IMG/VR virus record: IMGVR_UViG_3300029787_005266
Location: 1-64,000 of that record
Source of the DNA: a virus
DNA length: 64,000 bases
Direction: 5' to 3' (one strand)
Shown here: in pieces, positions 1 through 9,763 of the stretch
Layout of the letters: every line of letters starts with the position of its first letter
Position numbering within the stretch: the stretch's first letter is position 1
Translations under genes and position numbers: made by a program
The notes under the pieces: model-generated
What the model was told of the DNA's origin: nothing
The model's input: only the letters and a program-made list of their open reading frames with translations
Database searches by the model: none

Positions 1-615
1 TTTAGAGATTATGGTCGCAAAGACGTAGAATTTGTTGTTGTTATAAATGAAAATAAAACAGAAATTATTTCTTATCTTGCCAAATACAAAGACAGATACA
101 ATATTTCATTTGTTTATCAAAATCCAAATGAATACGAATACACTGGAGCAATAAAAAGTGCAAAGCATCTTTTTGGTGAGCATAATATTGTTTTACTGCC
201 AGACACTATTATGACACTGTCACCTAACACTGATTTGTTTGAAACTGTAAAACATTCCTTGACTGAAACAGGATTCACTTTCTTATACAAACAAGAAAGT
301 AATCAAGATGTTTTAAAAACCAAAGGAGCCTTGTTTGTAAACAATGAAAACATTGTTGAACAATATGAGGACAAACCAGAATCGAACTTCAAATATTACA
401 ACGCCTTTTGGTGTGCATTCGCATTTAGAAAAAGAGCATTTGATTCATGCATGACGTTTATGGAAAAATCTACGTTGAAACAGAAAATAAATCATGCTGA
501 AATAGAACACACACCTATCTACAAGTCTAAAGGAATAAAAGTGGATGACTATGTAGATCTAGGTACATGGGAAGAAATAAGAAGAGTATTACTTGATGAA
601 AAAAATAGTGAGTGA
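1..615 (+). CDS. Sugar-phosphate nucleotidyltransferase (RmlA/NTP_transferase-like), 5'-truncated by window edge
   Basis: Frame 1 is open from base 1 (FRDYGRKDVEFVVVINE...YQNP...TGAIKSAKHLF...VLLPD) into the listed ORF 211..615. It contains EDKP and a C-terminal YVDLGTWEE, typical of NDP-sugar pyrophosphorylases. Confidence 0.75.
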   Translation, partial: FRDYGRKDVEFVVVINENKTEIISYLAKYKDRYNISFVYQNPNEYEYTGAIKSAKHLFGEHNIVLLPDTIMTLSPNTDLFETVKHSLTETGFTFLYKQESNQDVLKTKGALFVNNENIVEQYEDKPESNFKYYNAFWCAFAFRKRAFDSCMTFMEKSTLKQKINHAEIEHTPIYKSKGIKVDDYVDLGTWEEIRRVLLDEKNSE

Positions 616-1162
616 TTGTGATGGCGTACTGCTAGACTGGTCCTTTGCATTTGATGTATGGATGGCCGAACAAGGATATCAAAAATTACCTGGAGCAGAC
701 AATCATTTCAAACAAACTTTGCGATATGCAATTGATGAAAAAGAAGCACAGAATCAAGTGTCTCAATTCAATGAATCAGGATCGGTAGGATATCTTCCTG
801 CTTACAAAGACAGTGTTGAGTACGTGACCAAATTTGCTGAAGATGGATACAGGTTTGAAGTTATTAGTAGTTTACACATGGACAAGTACGCACAAAAGTT
901 ACGCACACAAAATTTAAAACATATATTTGGGGATGTATTTGATTATGTAGATTGCAGTTTAGATTTTAGAAAAGGAAAAAAAGATGTGTTGGAAAAACGG
1001 TATGCAGGCACAGGATATTTGTGGTTAGAAGATTCTGTCGCTCATGCTGAAGCAGGAGATGAAATAGGCATGGACACATACATATTTGACCATCCATACA
1101 ATAGACACTATACTGGAAAGAGAGTACACAACTGGAAGGAACTTTATGACACCACACATTGA
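593..1162 (+). CDS. HAD-family 5'(3')-deoxyribonucleotidase-like phosphatase
   Basis: N-terminal DCDGVLLDW (HAD motif I), WLEDS and DHPYN motifs typical of phage NT5C-like proteins. Confidence 0.75.
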   Translation: MMKKIVSDCDGVLLDWSFAFDVWMAEQGYQKLPGADNHFKQTLRYAIDEKEAQNQVSQFNESGSVGYLPAYKDSVEYVTKFAEDGYRFEVISSLHMDKYAQKLRTQNLKHIFGDVFDYVDCSLDFRKGKKDVLEKRYAGTGYLWLEDSVAHAEAGDEIGMDTYIFDHPYNRHYTGKRVHNWKELYDTTH

Positions 1163-1844
1163 AGCCAATAAAGGTGACTATGCTGAAACAGTTTTATTGC
1201 CAGGAGATCCTCTAAGAGCCAAATGGATTGCTGAAACATTCTTTGAGAATCCTGTACAGGTCAACAGTGTAAGAAACTGTTTAGGTTATACAGGCACATA
1301 TGCTGGCAAAAAAATTTCCGTACAAGCAGGTGGTATGGGAATGCCCAGCAACGCAATTTACATTACAGAATTGTTTAAAGATTATGGTGTGCAAAACATA
1401 ATAAGAGTTGGCAGTTGTGGAGCAATACAAAAAAATATAAAAGTTGGTGATATTGTTGCGGCAACTACTGCATCAACTGATAGTGCTATGGGCAAAAATT
1501 TAATCCCTGGATTCACATATTCGCCTAGTGTTGATTTTGATTTGCTGAAACGTTTCCTTAACAACTGCAAACAGGCCCACGTTGGCGGTATCACATCGAA
1601 TGATTATTTTTACCAACCAGATCCTAAATGGTGGAAACATTGTCAGAAATACAAAATTCTTGCAGTAGAAATGGAAACTTACATTTTGTACACACTGGCA
1701 GCTCAGTATGGCAGAAAAGCATTGAGTGTGAACACAGTGTCTGATCATTTGGATCCTAATTGGTTAGATCCAAAGAAAAATTTATCTTCTGCAGAAAGAG
1801 AAACAGGATTTACAGAAATGGTAGAGGCTGTACTTGCAATATGA
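1146..1844 (+). CDS. deoD: Purine nucleoside phosphorylase (DeoD type)
   Basis: MTPHIEA..GDYAETVLLPGDPLRAKWIAE, GMGMPS, IIRVGSCGA, AVEME and TVSDH are DeoD signatures. The likely start is the ATG at 1146. Confidence 0.93.
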   Translation: MTPHIEANKGDYAETVLLPGDPLRAKWIAETFFENPVQVNSVRNCLGYTGTYAGKKISVQAGGMGMPSNAIYITELFKDYGVQNIIRVGSCGAIQKNIKVGDIVAATTASTDSAMGKNLIPGFTYSPSVDFDLLKRFLNNCKQAHVGGITSNDYFYQPDPKWWKHCQKYKILAVEMETYILYTLAAQYGRKALSVNTVSDHLDPNWLDPKKNLSSAERETGFTEMVEAVLAI

Positions 1845-2536
1845 TCTGTATAGCAATTCCATCACGTGGAAGACCAGAATTTTTGGAAAGACTGTGTGGC
1901 ACAGCAAGGGCCACAGCAAACAATTGGAAACAAGTTGTAATCAAATATTATCTTAATGATGATGATCCTTTACTAGGACAATACAAAAAAACACTAAAAA
2001 AATTACACAAACAACACGGAGATTCTGTACAATGGGAAATTGGTCCAGATCAAAACACAATACAGAGTTGGAATCAACTGTGTGAATCTACAGATGCAGA
2101 CTATTATATGTTGGCAGGAGATGAAATACAATTTATCACGCAAGATTGGGACACAAAAATTACGGAAACAAAAAACAAATATCCTGATGGCATTTTTTGT
2201 ATGGCTGTGTTTGATGGCAGAGAAAATAGAGCAGAATTACAATTATGCACACAACCAATCATTACCAAAGAATGGCGTGAAGCATTAGGTTATTTTTGGG
2301 CACCTTTTCTATGGCATTGGCACGTGGATCATTACACAGGAGAACTGGCAAAAGCAATTGATAGATTTGTGTTCCGCAAAGATATCTTTATCAAGATCAA
2401 AAAAATGAAAGACAAAACAGCAAAACGTATGCGTGGTCAAGGAGTGTTTGATCGCGATGAATGGGTGTACAACAAACACAAAGAATTATATTTTGATTTT
2501 GACGTTAAAAAACTCTTGGACAAAATTCAAAATTAG
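1841..2536 (+). CDS. GT2/GT-A fold glycosyltransferase-like protein
   Basis: Begins MICIAIPSRGRP, with YLNDDD, YMLAGDE (DxD-like) and HWHVD. ATGA overlap with the deoD stop at 1841. Confidence 0.65.
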   Translation: MICIAIPSRGRPEFLERLCGTARATANNWKQVVIKYYLNDDDPLLGQYKKTLKKLHKQHGDSVQWEIGPDQNTIQSWNQLCESTDADYYMLAGDEIQFITQDWDTKITETKNKYPDGIFCMAVFDGRENRAELQLCTQPIITKEWREALGYFWAPFLWHWHVDHYTGELAKAIDRFVFRKDIFIKIKKMKDKTAKRMRGQGVFDRDEWVYNKHKELYFDFDVKKLLDKIQN

Positions 2537-2544
2537 TATATAAT
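2517..2544 (+). promoter_or_regulatory. sigma70-type promoter (TGGACA-16-TATAAT), -10 ends 6 nt before the symporter ATG
   Basis: TGGACA 2517-2522, TATAAT 2539-2544, ATG at 2551, no SD. Confidence 0.55.
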
Positions 2545-2550
2545 TGCGTT

Positions 2551-3990
2551 ATGGATATTACAACATTATTCCCACTTTTTGCTCCTTCGACAGGGATCAG
2601 CATTTTGCTTGTGTACGGGTTGTTTGCGTTCGCGATGACTTACTACTTTAGTCGAGGATACAACGACAACAAAACATCCTTCTTAGTAGCAAGACGTGAA
2701 CTTGGCACATTTCAAGGTTCGCTCAGTGTAGCGGCCGCTTGGTTATGGGCACCGGGACTATTCATCTCGGCTCAACAGGCATATGTAAATGGACTGGTAG
2801 GACTATTTTGGTTCTGTTTAGGCAACTTCTTAACATTAGGAGCATTTGCCTATTTTGCCAAACGCATCAGAAACAACGAACCAAAAGGATTCACTTTCTC
2901 TGGTTATCTAAGAGATCGTTTTTCAGGCAGAGTACAAAGTTTATTTGTGGTTGAAATGATGTTGTTGGCAACCTGTGCCTTTGCAATCAATCTATTAGCA
3001 GGATCAAAAACAGTTGAAGTACTCACAGGAGTGGATTACACACTGGCAACATTCTTAATGGCAGGTGTGGCAATACTGTATTCATTTCGAACAGGTCTAA
3101 AAGCAACTGTGATCACAGAAATAATAAAAATTATTGTTGTATGGATTGGAGTATTGATACTAGTGCCATGGGCAATCTCTAGTGCAGGTGGCTGGGACGT
3201 TGTTGCCGCAGGTATTGGTGGTAAAACAGGATTAGGTGGATCAATTTTTGGAACATCATTTGCATGGGGCATATTCACTGGATTTGGTGCGGCCGCTTTC
3301 TTAGGACACCTAGGTGGACCATGGGGAGACAATTCATTCTATCAAAGAGCATTTTCAATCAAGGTAGGATCGATTATTCCGGCATATGTTATTGCCTCAT
3401 TTGTGTTTATTGTGATTCCAATCTGCATGGGACTGTTAGGCTTTTTGGCCGCAGGATCAGGACTAGATATTCCAGGTAATATGGTAGGTACAACCAACGC
3501 AATCGTGATAGGAACTTTCCTTCCACCGATAGCATCAATCATATTTGCTTTTATGATATTTGCTGGTTTGGTTGCAATACTTGACTCACAGTTTGCATCA
3601 GTGGCCAACATGACTGGACATGACATATACAATCAATTTAAGACAGGTAGTCCTATCAGTTCTGCACGTTATGGCATGATTGCTTTAGCAATAGCGGGTC
3701 TTATAGTGGCGAATATTCCGGGTATGCAGTTAGTGTATCTGTTTTTATTCTTTGCTGTTTTACGTGCATCTGTGTGGTTACCATCGATGATTGCTGTGCT
3801 AAAACCACATTGGATCACAGAACAAGGAATGTTTTGGGGAATACTGATACCAGCATCTATAGGTGAAGTCCTGTTTGTTGCAGGTAAACTTGGTTACTCA
3901 GACACTGCTTTCACAGGAACATTGATTGCTATTTTCGGCTCTCCTGTGTTAACATTGTTGATAAGCAAGTATGGAAAAAGAACCACGTAA
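2551..3990 (+). CDS. Sodium:solute symporter (SSS family; DUR3/PutP-like)
   Basis: About 13 hydrophobic segments. FLVARR, SVAAAWLWA, GLKATVITE, NSFYQRAFS and AILDSQ match SSF patterns. Confidence 0.85.
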   Translation: MDITTLFPLFAPSTGISILLVYGLFAFAMTYYFSRGYNDNKTSFLVARRELGTFQGSLSVAAAWLWAPGLFISAQQAYVNGLVGLFWFCLGNFLTLGAFAYFAKRIRNNEPKGFTFSGYLRDRFSGRVQSLFVVEMMLLATCAFAINLLAGSKTVEVLTGVDYTLATFLMAGVAILYSFRTGLKATVITEIIKIIVVWIGVLILVPWAISSAGGWDVVAAGIGGKTGLGGSIFGTSFAWGIFTGFGAAAFLGHLGGPWGDNSFYQRAFSIKVGSIIPAYVIASFVFIVIPICMGLLGFLAAGSGLDIPGNMVGTTNAIVIGTFLPPIASIIFAFMIFAGLVAILDSQFASVANMTGHDIYNQFKTGSPISSARYGMIALAIAGLIVANIPGMQLVYLFLFFAVLRASVWLPSMIAVLKPHWITEQGMFWGILIPASIGEVLFVAGKLGYSDTAFTGTLIAIFGSPVLTLLISKYGKRTT

Positions 3991-4654
3991 ACTTTTAATT
4001 GTAACAGGGCCACAAGGATCAGGAAATCATCTCTGGGCAAAAATATTCTCTATGCACGCCTCTGTAGAGGGGTGGAATATGATGCGTAAAGAATGGCAAG
4101 GGCATCATGAGGAACCGTTTAACGAATATTGGCAAGAGCCGGAAAAATTAAAGGATTTAGACATAAGTGAGAAACGTAATTTTGTTACATCTATTTCATG
4201 TCCATACTTCAAGGACAAGAAACCACAGATACCGCAATACGCAAAATTTATCAGACACGCAAAGAAAAAGTTTGATAAAGTGGTTGTTTGCATTATAGGT
4301 AGAGACAGAGACATATTAAAAATTCAACAAACAAGAGTACGCAAGGAACATACAACGCCCATGGCTTTGGATGAATTTGAACGTTTTGACAAGACAGTGT
4401 GCGAAGGATCCTTGGAAGACGTTAACCAATTTGTAGGTGCTGAAAACCTACAATACGCTTCAACAGAATTACTTTACCTGTATGGAGGTCAGTATCTAAA
4501 AACATTACAAAAGAATTTAGACTTTCCTGTTGGTTGGCACTATGAAACATTACTTAAAGATTATTTGAAGCAAAACACAAATGCCAAATATCTTAAAGAA
4601 ATAGAAAAAGGTGACTTTGATGATGAAGTTGCTGAGGCTTCAAACAGATCCTAA
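3971..4654 (+). CDS. Sulfotransferase-like / P-loop-like protein
   Basis: LIVTGPQGSGNHLW resembles a PAPS-binding (5'-PSB) loop. IIGRD resembles the 3'-PB motif. Confidence 0.5.
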   Translation: MEKEPRKLLIVTGPQGSGNHLWAKIFSMHASVEGWNMMRKEWQGHHEEPFNEYWQEPEKLKDLDISEKRNFVTSISCPYFKDKKPQIPQYAKFIRHAKKKFDKVVVCIIGRDRDILKIQQTRVRKEHTTPMALDEFERFDKTVCEGSLEDVNQFVGAENLQYASTELLYLYGGQYLKTLQKNLDFPVGWHYETLLKDYLKQNTNAKYLKEIEKGDFDDEVAEASNRS

Positions 4655-5179
4655 TTTATTTTTTTGTCCGTGGAAAAAAATTCGGGCATTATCATTCTCC
4701 ATTGCAATTACATCTAAAGAATATTCATAACACAAATCTCTCAAATAACTCTTGCTCCATGGAAAAAATGTTACACCTTCTGCCACAGGATTTGTATGTC
4801 CTATTCTTGAACCGGGATTAAACCTGCCAAAAAAATGACCTTTGTTTTTAAGATGACTTACTGATTTTGCAAACTGTCTACGCACCATGAATTCAGATCC
4901 AAAATTGATACTGCCTAATGCAAGTACAATATCCCATTCCTTTGTTCCACAGTTAAAATTCTCAATGCTTATCTTTTCATCTGCTTTGTCATTGTATGGA
5001 TCTATGCCATATAGATTAGGAATCTTATCTTTCAAATCATTAAATCCACATCCTATGTCCAGCACAGACTCAGGCTCGAGTTTGTTTATTTTGTCAACAA
5101 GACTCCAACCACTGTGTTCAAACTTGGTCCAATCTGGTTTCCAAATGCCAGAAAAATATTGTTCTACTGCATCGCTCAT
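4640..5179 (-). CDS. Class I SAM-dependent methyltransferase
   Basis: VLDIGCG motif I, YGIDP motif II, WDIVLALGS. Confidence 0.8.
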   Translation of the reverse strand: MSDAVEQYFSGIWKPDWTKFEHSGWSLVDKINKLEPESVLDIGCGFNDLKDKIPNLYGIDPYNDKADEKISIENFNCGTKEWDIVLALGSINFGSEFMVRRQFAKSVSHLKNKGHFFGRFNPGSRIGHTNPVAEGVTFFPWSKSYLRDLCYEYSLDVIAMENDNARIFFHGQKNKLGSV

Positions 5180-5185
5180 ATTAAT

Positions 5186-5213
5186 ATTGTAGCATTTTAT
5201 TGTGAATTGTCAA
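5186..5213 (-). promoter_or_regulatory. sigma70-type promoter (TTGACA-16-TACAAT, extended -10 TG) 6 nt upstream of the methyltransferase ATG
   Basis: Plus-strand TGTCAA 5208-5213 and ATTGTA 5186-5191; start codon at 5179. Confidence 0.65.
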
Positions 5214-6960
5214 CAAATGCATATGATGTAAAACCACCTTCTTTGGTTACTTTTAACACATTGTTTACTCGTCCTTGCAGTTCATCTCTGTGTGATATCA
5301 AATAGATGTTCTTGTGTCGCTCTCTGCAAATTTGTTTCAAAATCTTGATTGCATTTTCTACGCCTGCTGTATCCATGCCCGAATCAACTAGTTCATCAAT
5401 AAACAATGTATTCACACTGTGATACAACATTTCCCACACATCACGGAATGCCCAGCACAGACTTAGAATTAATCTGTTGCGTTCGCCTCTGCTTAAATTG
5501 TCAAAATCTAAATCTCTACTCATCTCTGTTATTTCCACACTGAGATCTGATTGGAATACAACTTCATGAGGCAGTCCTGTTTTGTCTAAGTAAAATGCAA
5601 GACGTGAATTCAAATAAGTCAAGTTTTGATCAATCACCTTTTTCCTTATGAATGAATCTTTGGAGGTCAACAGTTTGTACATGAATTCTTGATGATCTTG
5701 CAGTTTACGTAGATTGTTCATTTTGTCATATGACACTTGTTGTACTGCTGAAGTTTTTAATTCAGCAATTTGTTCTGCATATGGATCATTTTCTTTTGTT
5801 TTTGTTTCAAGTTGTTGTCCCAAGTATTCAACTGTGCTTTCATGTTTGTAGGCCTCTTGGGCAGTTTCATAATATGTGTCTGGTTGATCAAGATCACCTA
5901 TAGTGCCTATTTTTTCATTCAGTCTTGTTTCTTGTGCAACTAATTCTTCCACATAAGTTTCAAATTGTTTTTGATCGTCTTGATATTTTTGTACAAGTGC
6001 TTGATGTTTGTCGTCTTCCATTGTAGCACCGCATGTTGGACAAAGATTGTCTACAGTTTTTCCTATGTTTTCTAATATGTCTGTAAGTTGTTTGGTTGAT
6101 TGTTTTATAGCCGTTTGCACAGTTGAAAGTTCACGTTCCCAAGTTCTTTTCTTGTTATAGTTTTCCCTATATGAATCTAATCGTTTATGTCGATCAATCT
6201 CATCCTGTATGTCCACTTTCATTAATTCTTCTAATGATTGTGCTAGTTTGTCTATTTCTTCTTTTTGTGTGTTGGCCCAAGCACTACTTCTAATGTTTAA
6301 AGTATCAATGGAAGATTGTATTTTTTCGTTGTTGCGTTCCAATTGATCCAAACGTATTTCTTCTTCTTTGATCACTTCCTTTGTTTCTTTTAATTCTTCT
6401 TTTAGTACTTCTGCTTTTTCAGACAGCACAGTGATTCCTAACAGTTGTTCAATTATATCCTTTTGTTCTGCCGCTTTCAACCCAAAGAATGGAGGTGAAT
6501 ATGTGTGCAGTGCTACAATATTTTGGAACATTATATGACTCATGCATAATATTTTTGTGATGTCTTTTTGTGTCTCACGTGAATCGCCCTGTGCTTCGTC
6601 ATTTATTTCTTCAACACCATCTACGTAAAATTTAATCAGTGCTGGTTTTCTGCCACGTTCGATTTTATATTTTTTGCTGTTGATTTCAAACTCACAAGAC
6701 ACCAACATATTTTTGCCGTTTGTCTTGTTTACAAGATTGTCACGTTTGATGTTTGTAAGTGCATCACCAAATAGAGCAAATGATAGTGCATTTAGAATAG
6801 TTGTTTTGCCAGTACCATTTCTTGAACCAGCATCATCACCACCTAGGTCTATGTTTTGCCCTAGTACCAGTGTCAAGTCATGTCCTTCAAAATCCAATGC
6901 TTGGGTTACGTTGCCCACACTCATAAAGTTTTTAACAGTCAATGACTTAAATTTAATCAT
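5197..6960 (-). CDS. Recombination endonuclease ATPase subunit (T4 gp46 / SbcC / Rad50-like)
   Basis: KNFMSVGN, Walker A NGTGKTT, coiled coil with CPTC zinc hook, signature LSRGE, Walker B FIDELVD, ISH. Confidence 0.95.
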   Translation of the reverse strand: MIKFKSLTVKNFMSVGNVTQALDFEGHDLTLVLGQNIDLGGDDAGSRNGTGKTTILNALSFALFGDALTNIKRDNLVNKTNGKNMLVSCEFEINSKKYKIERGRKPALIKFYVDGVEEINDEAQGDSRETQKDITKILCMSHIMFQNIVALHTYSPPFFGLKAAEQKDIIEQLLGITVLSEKAEVLKEELKETKEVIKEEEIRLDQLERNNEKIQSSIDTLNIRSSAWANTQKEEIDKLAQSLEELMKVDIQDEIDRHKRLDSYRENYNKKRTWERELSTVQTAIKQSTKQLTDILENIGKTVDNLCPTCGATMEDDKHQALVQKYQDDQKQFETYVEELVAQETRLNEKIGTIGDLDQPDTYYETAQEAYKHESTVEYLGQQLETKTKENDPYAEQIAELKTSAVQQVSYDKMNNLRKLQDHQEFMYKLLTSKDSFIRKKVIDQNLTYLNSRLAFYLDKTGLPHEVVFQSDLSVEITEMSRDLDFDNLSRGERNRLILSLCWAFRDVWEMLYHSVNTLFIDELVDSGMDTAGVENAIKILKQICRERHKNIYLISHRDELQGRVNNVLKVTKEGGFTSYAFVDNSQ

Positions 6961-7967
6961 AAATTTTTGTATATCTCTAATAGTAAATTGCTGTCATAAT
7001 GATCCGAATCAACAGCCATGATTTGATTATGCACAATTTCATCTATTGATTCAAATGCTTGTGGAACTTCAGTTGAGTCATATTGTGTCATATCTCTTTG
7101 TTGTATGAATGTCATTTCACGCAGTTTGTATTGTCGCATAAAAGTATCTTTTACAAAGTTAGAATCTTCATATGTAATATCAGTGTCTATGTCTACACGC
7201 ACATAAGCATTCTTCTTCAGTATGGATGAGTTGTGTAGTAGTTCACTTAGTGATGCTGTTTGATATTTCGGACAGTCGGTCCAATCATGATAGACAGGAT
7301 CACCACCATGCTCTAGTTCCATCCATCCACGAGCAAAATCATTTGCATCTGAATAGTTATGCGGAAATGAATTACCTATATAATGAATGTTTGATTTTAC
7401 TTGTCTTTTGTGAAAGTGTCCTGAAAATACATAATCATGATGTTGTAAATGTTCTGCTCTCAACTCATTAGTGTCAGGCATTGATACCATAGCATTCATT
7501 AAGAAATGGGGTAACTCAAAGTGACCAAACACGTACGGCATTGATTTAGTCTCTTTGAGTTCCTTCCATTCTTCACCAACTAACCACGGGATAAACGCAC
7601 AATCCTCTGTGAAGTATGGTTCGTGAATAATTTCTAAGTTGGGAATATTTTTTGCCCATTCGACTGAATTGACAACTCTTGAATCTTTAAAATACAAATC
7701 ATGATTACCTAATATAAAATAAGTTTTTTCAAATGCCTTTGCAAGTTTTTCTAAAGATCTTAATGAGTATCCAAGTGTGTCTATGTTGATAGTTGCCCTG
7801 TGATGATGCCAGTCACCCATGAATATGAATGTTTCACATCCTTTGGCTTGAGCATCTTCAATAAACCAATCAACAAATCTCTCACAGTCTTGATTGAACT
7901 GTCTTGAGTTGCCTTTGTTGCCGAAATGTATGTCAGTGAAAACGGCCGCACGTTTAAATGTCTGCAT
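6957..7967 (-). CDS. Recombination endonuclease nuclease subunit (T4 gp47 / SbcD / Mre11-like)
   Basis: Metallophosphoesterase motifs DIHFG, GDWHH, GNHD, GHFE and SGHFH; adjacent to gp46. Confidence 0.95.
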   Translation of the reverse strand: MQTFKRAAVFTDIHFGNKGNSRQFNQDCERFVDWFIEDAQAKGCETFIFMGDWHHHRATINIDTLGYSLRSLEKLAKAFEKTYFILGNHDLYFKDSRVVNSVEWAKNIPNLEIIHEPYFTEDCAFIPWLVGEEWKELKETKSMPYVFGHFELPHFLMNAMVSMPDTNELRAEHLQHHDYVFSGHFHKRQVKSNIHYIGNSFPHNYSDANDFARGWMELEHGGDPVYHDWTDCPKYQTASLSELLHNSSILKKNAYVRVDIDTDITYEDSNFVKDTFMRQYKLREMTFIQQRDMTQYDSTEVPQAFESIDEIVHNQIMAVDSDHYDSNLLLEIYKNL

Positions 7968-7975
7968 ATAAAAAT

Positions 7976-8004
7976 ATTTTACTATCTTATCTAAAGTGTG
8001 TCTA
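7976..8004 (-). promoter_or_regulatory. sigma70-type promoter (TAGACA-17-TAAAAT) 8 nt upstream of the gp47 ATG
   Basis: Plus-strand TGTCTA 7999-8004 and ATTTTA 7976-7981; start at 7967. Confidence 0.5.
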
Positions 8005-8803
8005 GTCTCTTTTTACGTTCTTCTTCTTTTTCATCTTCGAGTTTGATCAACTCTGCTTGTTTCAGTTCGTGTTCTATCTGTCTAGTATGTGATGGCATTA
8101 AACCATTCTCTTGCAGTATGTCATCACGCAGTGCCTGATTTTTCTTTTCCACATTCAGTATTCTTGTGAATGAATTTGTAATGGCCGCTGTGTAATAAGC
8201 AAACGGATTTTCTGATTTAGATTCATCAAACTGCAAACCAATCTGTGACAGTTGCATCAGTGCTTGTCCTTGCATCTCGTCATTGTATGTGTATCCACGC
8301 CAGTTACCTCTAGTACCATATCTTTGTACCAGCAACAGAAACATTTTGGCCAACTTGGGGGTCATGGCGCCATGATCAACAGAAAAATGTCCATTCTCCA
8401 TGCCACCTTTCCAGTGTGATTTGCCTACTAGTATCAACTTGTCCTTGTCGTTGTAACGCCAATGTTGGAATGGAGGAAAGTTACACTTAACCTTTGATTC
8501 TGCTATGTTTTTTGGTTTTGCTTTTCTATTTGAATTTGGCACATGATCAAATGTCATCACCCTAAAAACCAAATCTTGTTTTGTAATAGTCTTCGGATTG
8601 ATTTTTTCGCCAGTTGCTTTTTCCATTTTTTTGACTCTGTTACGCCTTGCTTCTGCCACGGACCTAATATTAATTTTTTTCAACTCGGGCACAATCACAT
8701 CAAAGTCACTGTCTTCATCTGAAATGTATGAACTGTATTTTTTCTTTGACTTGTGTATTTCCAACAGCAAGTCTCTGTTGTTTAAGTATTTGTTTCTAGC
8801 CAT
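7991..8803 (-). CDS. Late-transcription sigma factor (T4 gp55-like)
   Basis: YLNNRDLL, NWRGYTYNDEM and FDESKSENPFAYYT motifs; canonical position upstream of gp47-gp46. Confidence 0.88.
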   Translation of the reverse strand: MARNKYLNNRDLLLEIHKSKKKYSSYISDEDSDFDVIVPELKKINIRSVAEARRNRVKKMEKATGEKINPKTITKQDLVFRVMTFDHVPNSNRKAKPKNIAESKVKCNFPPFQHWRYNDKDKLILVGKSHWKGGMENGHFSVDHGAMTPKLAKMFLLLVQRYGTRGNWRGYTYNDEMQGQALMQLSQIGLQFDESKSENPFAYYTAAITNSFTRILNVEKKNQALRDDILQENGLMPSHTRQIEHELKQAELIKLEDEKEEERKKRLDTL

Positions 8804-8809
8804 ATCATT

Positions 8810-8838
8810 ATTATAAACTACTGTGTTAATTTATGCAA
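8810..8838 (-). promoter_or_regulatory. sigma70-type promoter (TTGCAT-17-TATAAT) 6 nt upstream of the gp55 ATG
   Basis: Plus-strand ATGCAA 8833-8838 and ATTATA 8810-8815; start at 8803. Confidence 0.65.
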
Positions 8839-8844
8839 TAAATA
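8837..8844 (+). promoter_or_regulatory. Putative late promoter AATAAATA (T4 TATAAATA-like)
   Basis: Lies 7 nt before the first structural gene ATG (8852). The same TAAATA core precedes other structural genes. Confidence 0.55.
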
Positions 8845-8851
8845 TCTTTGT

Positions 8852-9763
8852 ATGAGTATTTTCACAAAAGGCTTACAAAATATCGGCAGTATAATACGGC
8901 AGGCAGGCACTGGTGGAGCAAATGCTGTGCAATCAAGACTGGCACAAGCAGGACTATTTCCTGGAGGCATATCAGGCAACAGCAGAAAGCCATTGGCATC
9001 CAACGCTGGGTCTCCGTCATCCACAGGTGATTGGGCAGTAAAATTAACACTTGCAAGACAGACATATTCGGACTTGTTTGGAGCATCGCCACTGTCGGCA
9101 GGGTTGACTGGTGGAGAAAACGGCATGCGATTTCCAACCACACCGTTTATCAATTTACAACACACAGCAAACTACAATCAAATTGCAGTGATGCACAACA
9201 ATTATCCTTATCAAGCATATCAAAATTCACAAGTGGCGCAGATCACAATATCAGGTGATTTTCCTGTGCAAGATCAAGCAAGTGGATTGAGATGGCTGTC
9301 AACAGTCCATTTTTTACGAACAATAACAAAAATGTATTATGGCGGAGAGTTGAATACAGGCAATCCACCACCAGTGGCTAGGCTAAATGGATATGGAGAT
9401 CATGTGTTCAACAATGTCCCTTGTGTGGTCACAGACTTTACAGTTGAATTTAGACAAAATGTAGACTACATCGGAATAGTTGTACCTACCGGCGGATCGA
9501 CGGCATTGCCTAGAGGGGTACCAGGCTTTTTAGGAGAAAATGCATCAGAGTTCGATCGTGCAAGATTTGGAGCCAGCGGTGCATCTCAATTGAGATCAGA
9601 TCCAACACAGGCTGTAAATGTTGATGGTCCTATAAACAAAGTTCCAACAGATTCACTTATAACAGTGACAGTTATTCCTGTATACTCACGTAACAAAATC
9701 TCAAACCAGTTTGATCTTAAATCATTTGCTAACGGTGATTTAACAAATAGAGGATTCATTTAA
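8852..9763 (+). CDS. Baseplate/tail-tube initiator-like structural protein (gp48/gp54-like)
   Basis: FPTTP, GNPPPVARLNGYG and VPCVVTDF patterns; first gene of the baseplate operon. Confidence 0.6.
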   Translation: MSIFTKGLQNIGSIIRQAGTGGANAVQSRLAQAGLFPGGISGNSRKPLASNAGSPSSTGDWAVKLTLARQTYSDLFGASPLSAGLTGGENGMRFPTTPFINLQHTANYNQIAVMHNNYPYQAYQNSQVAQITISGDFPVQDQASGLRWLSTVHFLRTITKMYYGGELNTGNPPPVARLNGYGDHVFNNVPCVVTDFTVEFRQNVDYIGIVVPTGGSTALPRGVPGFLGENASEFDRARFGASGASQLRSDPTQAVNVDGPINKVPTDSLITVTVIPVYSRNKISNQFDLKSFANGDLTNRGFI

